DNA of 63,464 nt, the filler included, from Octopus bimaculoides (Eukaryota), in the NCBI RefSeq assembly GCF_001194135.2. It is 5 parts of 5 records of this genome, joined end to end, with 100 filler letters (N's around TTAATTAATTAA, not from the genome) between each part and the next. Parts side by side here need not be neighbours in the genome. Positions count along the whole stretch, not along the records: positions 33,655 to 45,816 come from NC_068988.1; positions 45,917 to 63,464 come from NC_068989.1; 3 more parts are not named here. The stretch is one strand, 5' to 3'. The notes under the pieces were generated by a model. It made no database searches, was not told the DNA's origin, and worked only from the letters and a program-made list of their open reading frames with translations. How positions within the stretch are numbered: position 1 is the first letter of the stretch; each line of letters opens with the position of its first letter. A program made the position numbers and the translations under genes. Shown in pieces: positions 39,130 through 51,419 of the stretch.

Positions 39130-40310
39130 ATTTATTATATGTTCCAAGTAGACGTCGTTCTTCGTGTCGAAGAAGAGAATTAAATACAAGATGGAAGGAC
39201 GAAAATGAGACTAGGAACTACATAGGATACGAAAGCAAGAGATGGCATAAGTTTTATTAAAGTAAAGAAATGACATCGAAAATCGTATCCTGCAGTTAGT
39301 CTTCACCTCTTATCGAGGGTACAAAACTTTTCTCTCTCGGAAAATCTCACACACAAGATCAACGGCATCTATGCCCCCATATGTAACAGTGGGAACTATG
39401 AAGTGGAAGAATTCTGTCAAGAACTTGAAAAAGTGCTTACTAACAAATCTGCTTACACTGTCGTGATAGGAGATTTCGACGCAAAAGTCGGAAAGGGTGT
39501 CAGTGTGAGGAGCATGTTGAAAAATTTGGATTGAAAGGGAGAAATGAAAGAAGAAAACTTTACGTAAAGTACAGAAAAAGATTTGGAAAGAGATGGATAT
39601 AGATAACCCCAAATGCTCAGCACCGAAAAAAAAATAGATTACATCTTGGTCGACAAACAATCATATTGCAAAACATCTCAGTTGTAGTATGATCATTCAA
39701 CACGATCTGTGACCATCGCTAGTGACGAGCGAAGATCGACGAGATTAAAGAGAAAAAAGCACTGCACATCTCGACGAGGAACCATCACATCAAAGTTTCC
39801 GATGTGACGTATTTTCAAGACACTTTCAGAAAAAGGAATTTGGAGTCAGCTTAAAGGAATTGACGAAGATTATTATTCACAGACTTAGGAAATGAAAAGC
39901 TACACATGGAAATTGAGAACTGCAAAACCCACAGGACCTGGAAGGAAGAATCTCGAAAGAAACAAGAAAAATACTAGAGAGTATTAAACGGAAGATCAGT
40001 TTGAAATTTCCGTTGTCTGCAAAGTGATGACATCTCGAAAGGGACTTCGAGAACTATTGACGAAAGAAGCTGCAGTGAGCAGTAGAAGAGGGAGTTTAAA
40101 GAAATACAAGAGACGATGATGCTTAAGAACAAAGATGGGCTCACAGTGACGGGCAAAAAGGAGATTGGGGAGGTGTGTGAAATTTTACACAGCAATCTTT
40201 TAAAATCATTAGTGACTCTTGATCCTCAAACATTACAAGTATTGGTTCTTTGTTAGAAACGGGTTCCTTCTGTATTGGTAAGTAATTTTCGAGATATATA
40301 TTAGGCATCC
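39130..40310 (+). mobile_element. RTE LINE ORF2 APE-endonuclease and linker fragment
   Basis: GIYAPI..EVEEFCQELEKVL..YTVVIGDFDAKVG..KIDYILVDK..LKNKDGLTVTGKKEIGEVC. Confidence 0.8.
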
Positions 40311-40650
40311 TCTTTGTCTCGGGAGACAATGGAGTTGCGCATAAAATAATTCAGTCCGGTTTTTACATTTCATGTCCTAATACATCTCCTGCTCTATAAA
40401 ACTTATACAGATAAAACTTATACAACTATATATGTATTTTCATGAATGCATACCTACATACATGATACATACATGCATAATACATGCATGCATACCTACA
40501 TACATGATACATACATACATGAATGCATACGTATATATTTAAATACTTGTAGGCCAGTGATTATGAATTCATTTTCATTCGACAACTTTGATGCATTTTG
40601 GTATGCGGGTAAATGTTTAAGTGGAAATCTTAAATAGCTAGGATTTTCAG

Positions 40651-40713
40651 GTAAAGAAAGCCACGAGCTAAAATTTTACAAACACAATCTGCAAGTGGAA
40701 CAGAAAAAGACAG
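40651..40713 (+). CDS. Candidate 63-nt phase 1-1 exon (xKESHELKFYKHNLQVEQKKT), product unknown
   Basis: Acceptor gattttcag|, donor CAG|gtaaga, single open frame. Confidence 0.25.
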
Positions 40714-40811
40714 GTAAGATTTTTATAAAAACTTATAATTTTTTAAATCCAAATTCCACAATAATTTTCTTTGTTAGAAACCAGCTGTTTCTTTGTAGGA
40801 AGAATTCAAAT

Positions 40812-40867
<56 letters not shown>

Positions 40868-41024
40868 GCGCAGTATGGACGGATTCCGGAGTACCGAGGA
40901 ACTTCTGTGTAAATTAAGAATTCTACGAGGTATATTACAATGGAAAATACCAAACGGAATCTCACCTTTTATCTATCATGTTTCTTCCTACTTTAACTTA
41001 TTCTATGTGATATANNNNNNNNNN

Positions 41025-41069
<45 letters not shown>

Positions 41070-41142
41070 CAAGCATAAAGATTCAGAACCATGTATACAA
41101 ACGCACGTACGTACGCACATTCATGATTCACATACAAGCAAA

Positions 41143-41490
41143 CGAGATGGTATCAAAAAGTTCTCTGCCTAGTTTCGTAGCGCTCCAACAGGTGGCAGCA
41201 CATGGTTGCTTGCGCAGTGAGAGCTAGCTGTGACCTTCATGAAGTACTATGCCGAGTGACAGCGTTGTGTTTACTTCGTAAGTTGTGAAATTCGTGAAAT
41301 TCGTGCTTTTGTGATCACGTCTGCGATTTTGTCATGGAAAGGAACAAAAAGCCAGCGTTAAACTTGGAAAGTCTGCTACAGAGACATTGAGCATGCTTCA
41401 GTAAGTTTACGGCGACGGGGCAATGGGTCGTACGCAATGTTTCGAGTGGCACGGGCACTTCCAAAGCGGAAAAACGTCCCTGGAAGACGA
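41143..41490 (+). mobile_element. mariner 5' end and HTH fragment
   Basis: TIR-like acgagatggtatcaaaaagttc; KLGKSATETLSMLQ*VYGDGAMGRTQCFEWHGHFQSGKTSLEDD. Confidence 0.75.
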
Positions 41491-41629
41491 TGTGCACGTA
41501 CATACATGAGCACGTCCTGTACACTTTAGGATTCATCAGTATGATGAGCAATTCTTTAATATTTCTCGAAACACCAATTAAGTTCAGTTCTTCATTGCAA
41601 CACGACACGACAGCTCTTCAATGCAGATA

Positions 41630-42050
41630 TCCAGTACAGTATAGTACATCAGTGCAGTTCTAGCATGTAGTTCTTCAACGCAGCACGTCTGTGTATTACC
41701 ACAGTGCAAATTTTTGGTGAAGGACATCAAGGCAATTCTTCAGAGCAGTACTTCGGTGCACTTCAGTTTAGTTCTTCAGTGTAATGTAAATGCATGTCTG
41801 CAGTGTACTTTTTGAGTGTAGTACTTTGTGTAGTACTTTAATGCATGACTTTACTACATTACTTCAGTTTATTACCCAAAAGCATTTCCGAAGTGCAGCA
41901 TTTTAGTGGGTTATCTTAGTGAGTTATTTCGCTGCAGTATTTCAGAGCACTACAATGTAGTGCAGTTCCTTAGTGTTGTCCTTCTAAGCAGTTTTGCGGT
42001 GCAGTACTTTAATACATTATCTCAGTGTAGTACTCCAGTGTTCTACATTG
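41630..42050. repeat. Degenerate ~13-bp minisatellite (CAGTGCAGTACTT-like)
   Basis: Units such as cagagcagtactt, gagtgtagtactt, cggtgcagtactt, cagtgtagtactc. Confidence 0.6.
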
Positions 42051-42389
42051 ACTATAACCATCAACAACCACTAATTTCACTGATTCATGGTATTAGTTAG
42101 CTTCTCGTTGTCTTTTTACAATGCAGTTGCTGCTAAGAGCGTCGAGTTGTTCTTAACCCTAACCCTATTTGCAACTCGTTGCACTGGGCAATTTGAGAGA
42201 TAAGCGTCCTGATCACAAACATAACGCAGTTTTGATGATAATAAGGGGATATGAAACGCCGATATATCGCCTAGTTCTCCGCTATTCTGTTCACTCGGTC
42301 ATCCGTATGGTCTTTAGCCGGAACATTTCTTATCATAGATCTGGTTGTTCATGTTCATTCAGCGCTGACGCTAAGCGACAAAAACACCA

Positions 42390-42444
<55 letters not shown>

Positions 42445-42770
42445 TATCCTGGATATGACTTTCAACTGCATCCGGTAGTGGGACCCTGGGTCTTGAGTTC
42501 CAGGTTTTTGTTGTGTATGGAACCACTTCTTAACCATTGTTTTTCCCAGGTCTACTCTGACCTGGAGTAGTTGCACCTGTCAGGGTCCTAGCTAACGGTC
42601 TATTAGCATATTAGGACCCGTCAATCTATGCTTGCGAAGACTGGATCCGGTTTCAAATTTCGGAACAAAAGCCAACACTTTTGGAGGAGAGAGGTAAGTC
42701 AACTACATCGGCACCAGTACTCAACTGGTACTTTATTTCATTGACCCCGAAAGGATGGAGGGCAGCCACT

Positions 42771-42802
<32 letters not shown>

Positions 42803-42871
42803 CAACAACAATGACGATGACGACGACGACGACGACAGCAACATCAATAAAGACAACAAAAACTGTAGTAA

Positions 42872-42916
<45 letters not shown>

Positions 42917-43085
42917 AAGCAGTTGTTGTAATAGTAGTTGCAGTAGTATGAGTAGGAGGTGGAGGGAGAACGAGGGAGGAAGGGAAGAAGAGAAGGAAGA
43001 GGGAAAAGAAATCTACCACTTGAGAAACTTCAGAGACTCACGTAACGCTCTTGAATGTGAGAACGAAAGCAAAAAAGGAATTCTT

Positions 43086-43278
43086 CACTTCCTGTCTTTC
43101 GTTTGAGCAGCAGCTGGGCTTACCTGCTGAGTAAAAATGTTCGCTATTTCTCAGGCTTCACTTTTTCTTCTTTCTATTATTTCTTTTCATTATTCATTAA
43201 TTATCTTCTGTGGCATTTGTGTAACATTGCTGTCAAACTTAACCTCTTTAATATATTTACGGTCGTTAAAAATGGCGG
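43086..43278 (-). promoter_or_regulatory. Candidate promoter-proximal first exon (YY1- and ETS-like motifs, strong donor)
   Basis: AAAATGGCGG at 43269-43278, minus-strand donor CAG|gtaagc at 43124/43123, cacttcctg at 43086-43094, CpG-rich context. Confidence 0.3.
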
Positions 43279-43282
43279 ATGA

Positions 43283-43321
<39 letters not shown>

Positions 43322-43359
43322 ACATATCCGTGTGTATGTGTGTCTATGCAAGTATATAA

Positions 43360-43417
<58 letters not shown>

Positions 43418-43529
43418 GTATGCATATATGTATGTATATATGTATATATATATATGCATATGCGTATGACTGTGTGTGTATGAGAGAGAGAGAGAGAGAG
43501 AGGGGGGGAGAGAATTCCTAAGTGTTATC

Positions 43530-43615
43530 GTTTAGCCGTTAATTAACCGCTTTAATTAACAGGGTGTGACCTGATTAATTTGCGGTTAATTTCATGTAAT
43601 ATAATATGAATTAAA
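43530..43615. promoter_or_regulatory. Cluster of TAAT/ATTA homeodomain-type sites between (GA)n tracts
   Basis: gttaattaac palindrome, ttaattaa, gattaatt, ggttaatt, atgtaat, atgaattaa within ~85 bp. Confidence 0.3.
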
Positions 43616-44287
43616 CAGATACGTAAATAGAAGAGACACGAACTGAGAGAGAAGAGCTAGGGCAGGAGAGAGAGGGAGGGAGAAAAAGAATGAGAGAGAG
43701 AGAGAGAGGGAGAGAGAGGGAGAAAAAAGAAGAAGATGGAGAAGAAGTGTCGGTGGGGAAGAGAAACGAGTGTTTTTGTCTGTCTGTGGTTAGAGAACGA
43801 CGCTTCGACGATACTTATTCTTTGCTCAAATGTAATGATCGCTAACGATGCGCCAAATAGTCTGTCTGTAAGCTTCCATTAAGATATAATTAAGGATGAT
43901 GTAAAAATATCAAGTGGTGCCGTCTCTGCATAAAACCAAACAGAATTCAGAGGAAAAGCTGAGTACCCGGAAGAAATTAGCCGAAGCTTTGCCGGGTTTC
44001 GTCTGTATTTATATAACGTACAAGCATTTTCGAGTTATGCTCTCGTTTTTGTTCGTACTCATAAGTCTTACTGGTTTGGTAATATGTCGAGTGAGATCAA
44101 AGAACTTAAGTTGTTTTTTAGTTACATAAACATTCTGGAAGCGTTGTTAATATAGTAAAAAAATATACATACATTAAAAGAAAAGAAAATACACATGCAA
44201 CATACATATACATATACATATGGAAGCATATGCACACACATACATGCATGTATATCACATGAAAACACTAATACACTCATCACACTT

Positions 44288-44326
<39 letters not shown>

Positions 44327-44824
44327 NNNNNNNNNNNNNNNNNNNNNNNNNNNNNNNNNNNNNNNNNNNNNNNNNNNNNNNNNNNNNNNNNNNNNNNNNN
44401 NNNNNNNNNNNNNNNNNNNNNNNNNNNNNNNNNNNNNNNNNNNNNNNNNNNNNNNNNNNNNNNNNNNNNNNNNNNNNNNNNNNNNNNNNNNNNNNNNNNN
44501 NNNNNNNNNNNNNNNNNNNNNNNNNNNNNNNNNNNNNNNNNNNNNNNNNNNNNNNNNNNNNNNNNNNNNNNNNNNNNNNNNNNNNNNNNNNNNNNNNNNN
44601 NNNNNNNNNNNNNNNNNNNNNNNNNNNNNNNNNNNNNNNNNNNNNNNNNNNNNNNNNNNNNNNNNNNNNNNNNNNNNNNNNNNNNNNNNNNNNNNNNNNN
44701 NNNNNNNNNNNNNNNNNNNNNNNNNNNNNNNNNNNNNNNNNNNNNNNNNNNNNNNNNNNNNNNNNNNNNNNNNNNNNNNNNNNNNNNNNNNNNNNNNNNN
44801 NNNNNNNNNNNNNNNNNNNNNNNN

Positions 44825-44878
<54 letters not shown>

Positions 44879-45119
44879 ACACAAACATACATATAAATAA
44901 ATTATACTGGAACGGGGGCAAGAGAACTGAAAATGCAAAATTTAAGTCTTTGAAATTAATTTTTTGTTTTTAACAAATATGTTTCTGCTTGAAATGCCAT
45001 TAACGTTTTGCAGCTGTGTAAAAGTTCTCTGAAATTATTCACCTTCAATCAAGCTAATTATTTTTACCACTATTTGCGGAAGGAGAGTAATATATAATCA
45101 TTTGTCTTATTATTCTTTA

Positions 45120-45545
45120 CTCGTTTCATTCATGGTATGCGGCCATGCTGGGGTACCGTCTTCATTGGTTTAGTGGAAGAAATCAAACCCGCTACTTAAT
45201 TTTATTATTTTAACCTTTGGTACTTATTATATCGGTTTCTTTTGCTGAACCGCTATGTTACGGAGACGTAAACAAACCAATACTGGTTATCGAAGAATGA
45301 TGGTAGGACAAACGCGTGCGCGTGCGCATGTACAGATCCGCGCTCGCGCACACACACAGTGCGCGTATACTTACACGTACATATACGACGACTTCTACAA
45401 AGTTTCCGTTCACCAAATTCCAAATTCGAAACTCATTCACTAGGGATGGGGCTATAGTATAAAACACTTGTCCTAGGTACCGTGCAGAGGGATTGAACCC
45501 AAAAATACGTGGTTGAAAGGTGTGCTTTCTTAACCACTCACATAC
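45120..45545 (-). mobile_element. Composite SINE family A
   Basis: Reverse complement of family A. Confidence 0.75.
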
Positions 45546-45599
45546 ATATCTGTTCTTGCTCTTCTTAGTCTCCTGTCGGTTGGCTTGGCTTAAAGAATT

Positions 45600-45700
45600 T
45601 GTCTTGCGATTCTTACCGCACATCCGTAATACAAGAGCCGCAACTTCTCGATGCAGAGAAGATTTGGGACGACCTGGAAAGACGACCTGTTCTCCCAGCT
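45600..45700 (+). mobile_element. Tc1-like transposase fragment
   Basis: PQLLDAEKIWDDLERR resembles SPDLNPIE.IWDELERR. Confidence 0.5.
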
Positions 45701-46419
45701 ACGCCATTATTTATAGACAAAGGCAGTGAGCTGGCAGAAACGTTAGCACGTCGGGCGAAATACTTAGCGGTATTTCGTCTGTCTTTACGTTCTGAGTTCA
45801 AATTCTACCGAGGTCGNNNNNNNNNNNNNNNNNNNNNNNNNNNNNNNNNNNNNNNNNNNNTTAATTAATTAANNNNNNNNNNNNNNNNNNNNNNNNNNNN
45901 NNNNNNNNNNNNNNNNAGAAAGTGTGGTGTGTATGTGAAGTTCTTTTGTTAGTGTGAGAGAGCAGCATGTGTGTTTGTGTAATGTTGCTGTGTGTGTGAG
46001 ACAGGGAGAGAGAGAAAGAAAGAAAGAGAGATAACTAGCATGTGTATAAGGGAGGGAGAGAGATAGAGAGGGAGAGCGTGCTCTCTCTATCTCTTTCGCG
46101 TTCTTTCCAAACACTTTTTATGGAAACTGCCGAATTGATGTAAACAAACCCATGTGGTCTGATTTTCATGTTTCTAGGTATTGTACCGTAAATCACCATT
46201 TCCAAAATATATTTATTTTAAATCATTTATCCGTATTTATCCGTATATATATATGTAACGCAAGATGTGTGTATGTGTTTTGTTGATATATGGGCAACAC
46301 ACAAACACACACATCCGAACATGTTTGCGTACAAAAAATATGTATGCAATTGGTGTACATACATGCTTGTGTGTATGTGTGTGTTGCTCATATATATATA
46401 TATTAATATATATATATAT

Positions 46420-47620
46420 ATTTATAAAGATAGGATGATAAATTGAATATTAATTCAATTTAAAACCAAGTGGCCTCGCATATAAAAAATTTGAAAATTC
46501 AGAAAATATTGTATTATACGTGTATAAGGGATGACCACTAGGTGAATATCCAATATGCTAGAAAGAGGTCATCAACGACCCAACCACAAAGAAAAATAAT
46601 GTTCTCCAGAAAAATTTCGCAAAACGTCAGAACAGGACAAAATGAGAAATATACAGAATAAAGAATTAACTATGGACTGCTGCAGTTTCGAACATTAACG
46701 TTTTACTTACGTAACATCCATGTTCTCATATATATATTGGACTAAAATTTTAAAATTAAGCTTGTATATCTAATATCATTAAAAGGACACATAAAAAACA
46801 AATTTATTATACAGTTAATATAAAGAATTGATACATTGGATTTACATGGTATATAATGATGGGCTCATCAAGGTTTAAGAAACTGATAAATTGAACAATT
46901 GGAATTAACATAGTATATAATGGTAAACTAAACTATTATTAGAGAACATGGTAATTATGTACTAATTTGATTAGATTGCACTATCTTAAATTATCAGGAA
47001 CCGGTATTAACTAATATAGGCTAAGTACAGAATAATAATGGAACAAGGATTAGATTTATTTAAATCACCCATAAATAATAATAATACTACAACAACAATA
47101 AAATAACATGAAACATTTAGGGTCAGTCATCGAATAAAACTTAAAATTTAAAAAGATTTAAAAAAAGCTATTAAAAAATTCCAAACATCCTATTCATTAA
47201 AGTTAAGTAAATTACACACTAAACTAACAGCAATAGCAAATGTGATATGGAAAAATTTAAGTAAAACCATATACCATCAATGGATAAAGTTAAAATTTTA
47301 GTTTTCACAGGAAGATTATACATTAAGGTGAGAGATCAAAAATATGCTATAAAAGTTAAATTTTAATTTAAGCAGCATAAATTTATAAGTTTTATAGGTG
47401 CCAATAATTGTATTTTAAGCTTGGGATGAAGTGAAGATACCCGTATTTATATATCTTAAGGATAAAAAAAGCATCTAAATTAGTCAAATCACTAAAATTT
47501 TCTGGTCATGTCCCGCTTTAGACAAAGCAACATTATAGTAGTATGAATGGGAATTAAAACTATCAATATCTGATGATAACTTAGTAATTCTCTCAGAAAT
47601 GGTCTACATTTTATATTTGA
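46420..47620 (-). mobile_element. Second Penelope-like (Naiad-type) relic, heavily decayed
   Basis: Minus strand ISERITKLSSDIDSFNSHSYYYNVALSKAGHDQKI (47.47-47.59 kb) fits I..R.S.LS....FN....Y..AL..SGY; remainder only weakly recognisable. Confidence 0.45.
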
Positions 47621-47724
47621 TGTAATGTTTACATTTTTCAATTAAATGGAGTCACATGAAACGATCGTACGGCATTACTTCTGGATATCCTTGTTGCTTA
47701 TTTTGATTTTAATCACCTTATATA

Positions 47725-47975
47725 TAATGCAGGATGAAATATTGGATTTGCGCTGGTCCGTTCTACTCCATCCACTATATTCACCAGACTTTGCACCAAT
47801 TGATTTCCATCATTTTTGATCTCTACAAAATGGTCTGATGGGGAAAAAAATTTCTCAAGAAGATCAGGTGAGAATGTATGGGGAAAGCTTCTTCATATCA
47901 AAGTCAGCTGAATTTTACTCAAGAGGAATCAAAAAGCTACTTGATAAATGACAAGAAGTCATTCAAAATACATCG
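47725..47975 (+). mobile_element. mariner transposase C-terminal fragment
   Basis: WSVLLHPLYSPDFAPIDFHHF*SLQNGLMGKK..FYSRGIKKLLDK*QEVIQN (YSPDLAP motif). Confidence 0.85.
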
Positions 47976-48569
47976 ACATAGGCTGCAAGCACCCATTATC
48001 CTGAGTTGCCTTTGAAATATTCCCATTAAAACATTGGAATTATTGTGGAAAATTATTTGTGTTTTTACAATTTTCTACTTTTATGCTATAATTTTTAGAT
48101 CTTATACTATGTCTGACAGGGAAGATTTATAAATACATTTAGGGTTAAAATGTGTGCTTTTGTGTGTGTTATTCTTTGATAGATTTAATAGACAAAAGAA
48201 GGAAAATATGTTTACCAATAAAAGAAATCTTTGTTTACAGTCAGTCTCTTTTTTTATAATTTACCCTTGTATTCTTTGCATGTAAAAAATAACAGCTTAT
48301 AAGCTATAAGATAGAAATAAGTATTATTTGATTATTCTTAATTTATGTATTTTTTTTTTTGCAATGTGAATTCATTTCAAATTAAATATTTTCTTGATGC
48401 AATTTCAATCTTGACAAAATTTTTATTTGATTGTTGCTAACTCATGCTTTTTCTCAATGTGAATTGATTGTAGATTAAATATTTTTATACATTATGTTAT
48501 TCAGTTTCAACACTGATGTAATTTCATGAGTTCTATATTATTGTAAACAGAATGAATTATTTGCTGGAA

Positions 48570-51305
48570 GTGTAGGTCTGGCAAGATTGTTGAGATGCTT
48601 GAAATGAGGTGTGTTGATGCATGTTGCATTCAAGAGGTAAGGTGGAGGGGAGCTTCAGCTAGTTTCCTCACAGGCAAGACACATAGGTATAAAACTTTCT
48701 GGGAAGATAACGGTGATGGAGTAGGTGGCAAGGGCATACTTATTGCTGAGAAATGGGTTGATATGATCATAGAGGTAACCAGAGTGTGTGATAGAGTACT
48801 TAAGTGAAGAATGTAGCCCCCAGCATAGTCTAGTCATTAATGACTTTAGACTTCAGGTCAGAACGGTGCCAAGAAGACTGATTTGGAAAGGAAGGATCTG
48901 GAAGCTTGAGGATTCTCTCTATGGTCAGAGATTTAGGGACATTCTAATTGAGAAATTTGACAAGAAGGAGGAGGAACTGCAAACTTATAATATAGAGGGT
49001 GACTGGGAATTCCTACAGGATAGCTTGATGAGTTCCACAGACCAAATCTGTGGCTGTTGCAAAGTTCCACCCAGACTGAGGTTGACATGGTGGTGGAACA
49101 ATGCTGTAGACAAGACCGTTAGAGCAAAGAAACAGGCATGGAAGGGCAAGAAGTGTGAGGGTAGCAGGGAATTGTATCAGACAACCAGAAGGGAAGCTAG
49201 GAAGCAGGCATATTTAGACAGGGATGTAGCAGAAAAGAAGATGTTTGCCAATGTTCTACAATGTGAAGACCAGAGATTTGAAGTGTTTTGGATTGCAAAA
49301 CAGATGGTTCACTTGCATTTAATGATTTTGCAAAGAAAGAGGTTTGGAAATGCCATTATGAAAGGCTGCTAAATGTGGAGAATGAATGGGACAAGGAGAG
49401 TCTATCAAACGTTGACCCAACTGAGGGACCTGCCATCCGAATCAACAGTAGCTAAGTAGATAAAGCAATTAAGGACATGAAGACAGGGGAAGCTCCCGGC
49501 CCATCAGGAATCACTGCTGAGAAGCTTAAGATATCTGGTAGAGTAGGATATAGCCTAGTCACCCATATAATTAATCAAGTTGTCCATGAGGGAGTCATAC
49601 CAACGATTGGCATGGCAGCACTATAGTCAACTGCTACAAAAGTAAAGGTGATGCCTTAGACAGGAATAATTACAGAGGCATCAAATTGCTGGACCAGGTA
49701 ATGAAGGTCACAGAAAGGGTCATAGCTCAATTAATTAGGGAGATAGCTAGTGTAGATGAGATGCAGTTCAGATTTGTGCCAGGCAGCAGTATGATGGTGC
49801 TATATTTCTGGTTAGGCAGGAGGTATCTAGCCAAAAATAAGTCCCTGTACCTAACCTTTATTGACATAGAGAAAGCTTTGACAGAGTCCCCACTCCATTA
49901 TCTGGTTGTCAATGCAGAAGCTAGGGTTAGATGAGTGGCTGGTGAGAGTTTTACAAGCCATGTACAGGGATGCTGCCTGTAAGGTGAAGGTTAGCAATGA
50001 GTATAGTGAAGAATTCAGGGTACAAGTAGTGGTTCACCAAGGATCAGTCCTCAGCCCCCTCTTGTTCATCATAGTTCTCCAGGCAATAACAGAAGAATTT
50101 AAGATGGGCTGCCCCTGGGAGCTCCTCTCTGCTGAAGACCTTGTTCTTATAGTTGAATCACTACAAGAGCTAGAGAAGAAATTTTGGGTGTGGAAGCAAA
50201 GTCTGGAATCAAATGGTCTTAGTGTTAACCTAGCAAAAACCAAAGTCTTATTAAGTTGGAAAGCAGACAAATCACAAATGCCTTCAGGTTAGGCCCTGCT
50301 CGATCTGTAGGATAGGTGTTGGTAGAAACTCCATAAGATGTACCCAGTGTAAGATATGCACACATAAGAGATGCAGCAATATCTAAGGAAGGTTAACTGG
50401 GAAACTAGTTTTTGTGTATGGAAGGTGCATAGGAACAATTAACACTAAAAACATACAGAAAATAGACTCCATCAGTTGCCATTGGAGATAGCTGGAAGTA
50501 GTTAATAGCTTCCATTACCTAGGTGACCAAGTCAGTAGTGGAGGTGGATGCTCCAAGAATAAGAATAGGATGGGCAAAGTTCAGAGTGAAAAGGCAGATT
50601 GTATGATGCCAGTGTGCAAAAAGCCATGCTAGCCAGCAGTGAAACATGGGCTGTGACTGCCAAGGACATGCATAGGCTTGAAAGAAATGAAGCTAGCATG
50701 TTTCACTGGATGTGCCATGTCAATGGGGATGTATGACAGAGTGCAAGCATCTTGAGAGAAAAGTTGGGCATAAGAAGCATCAAAGAGGTATGCAAGAGAT
50801 ATGACTGCATTGGTATGGCCAACATATGTGTGAAGAAATGCCAATCTCTATCAATAGGAGAAAACTGTAAAAGAGGGAGACCCAGGAAGACATGGGACAA
50901 GATGGTGAAGCATGAAACCTCTGGTGATATACTGTACCTGTGAAGACCCATCAAGTCAAGTGAGATCATTATTGGTGGCACCTGAGTATTGGGCCTCATG
51001 GAGGCAATGACAAATGATCAAGACCTTTGGCAATATGCTGTGCTTGAGTAGAAGACCCATCAAGCCAAGTGAAGTCGAAGTCTTGACAGATACTGGTGCC
51101 ACACAACTGGCACCTGTGCTGGTGGCATGTAAAAGTGCTCATCACACTCTCGGAGAGGAAGGGCACTGAATCATAGAAACCATGTTAAATCAGACTCGAG
51201 TCTGGTGCAGCACCTCAGCTAACCAGCCCTAGTCAAATCGTCCAACCCATGTCTGCATGGATAATGGAGTTAAATGATGATGATGATGATGATGATAATG
51301 ATGAT
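48570..51305 (+). mobile_element. Near-full-length degenerate RTE-clade LINE ORF2 (APE, RT, PHD-type finger, C-terminus) plus 3' tail
   Basis: CIQEVRWRG (EN), GEAPGPSGITAE, NNYRGIKLLDQVMKV, VHQGSVLSPLLF, ELLSAEDL, FHYLGD, GRPRKTW; (GAT)n tail at ~51275-51305; internal deletions and stops. Confidence 0.9.
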
Positions 51306-51419
51306 GTAAATTGTATTTCATACTTTTGCTTGTATTTTAAATTATTTATGTGTGGTGTAGTATAATAAAGTGAATGTGATAGATTGTATAAAAAGTTTTC
51401 TTTTTCAATGATATAAGTT

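Noticed and set aside
45617-45680. Minus-strand 57-nt exon candidate open in all frames
   Set aside because: Plus strand encodes IWDDLERR, a Tc1 transposase remnant.
48100-48135. ATG TCT GAC AGG GAA GAT TTA (MSDREDL), reminiscent of a 14-3-3 N-terminus
   Set aside because: Followed immediately by TAA; chance match.
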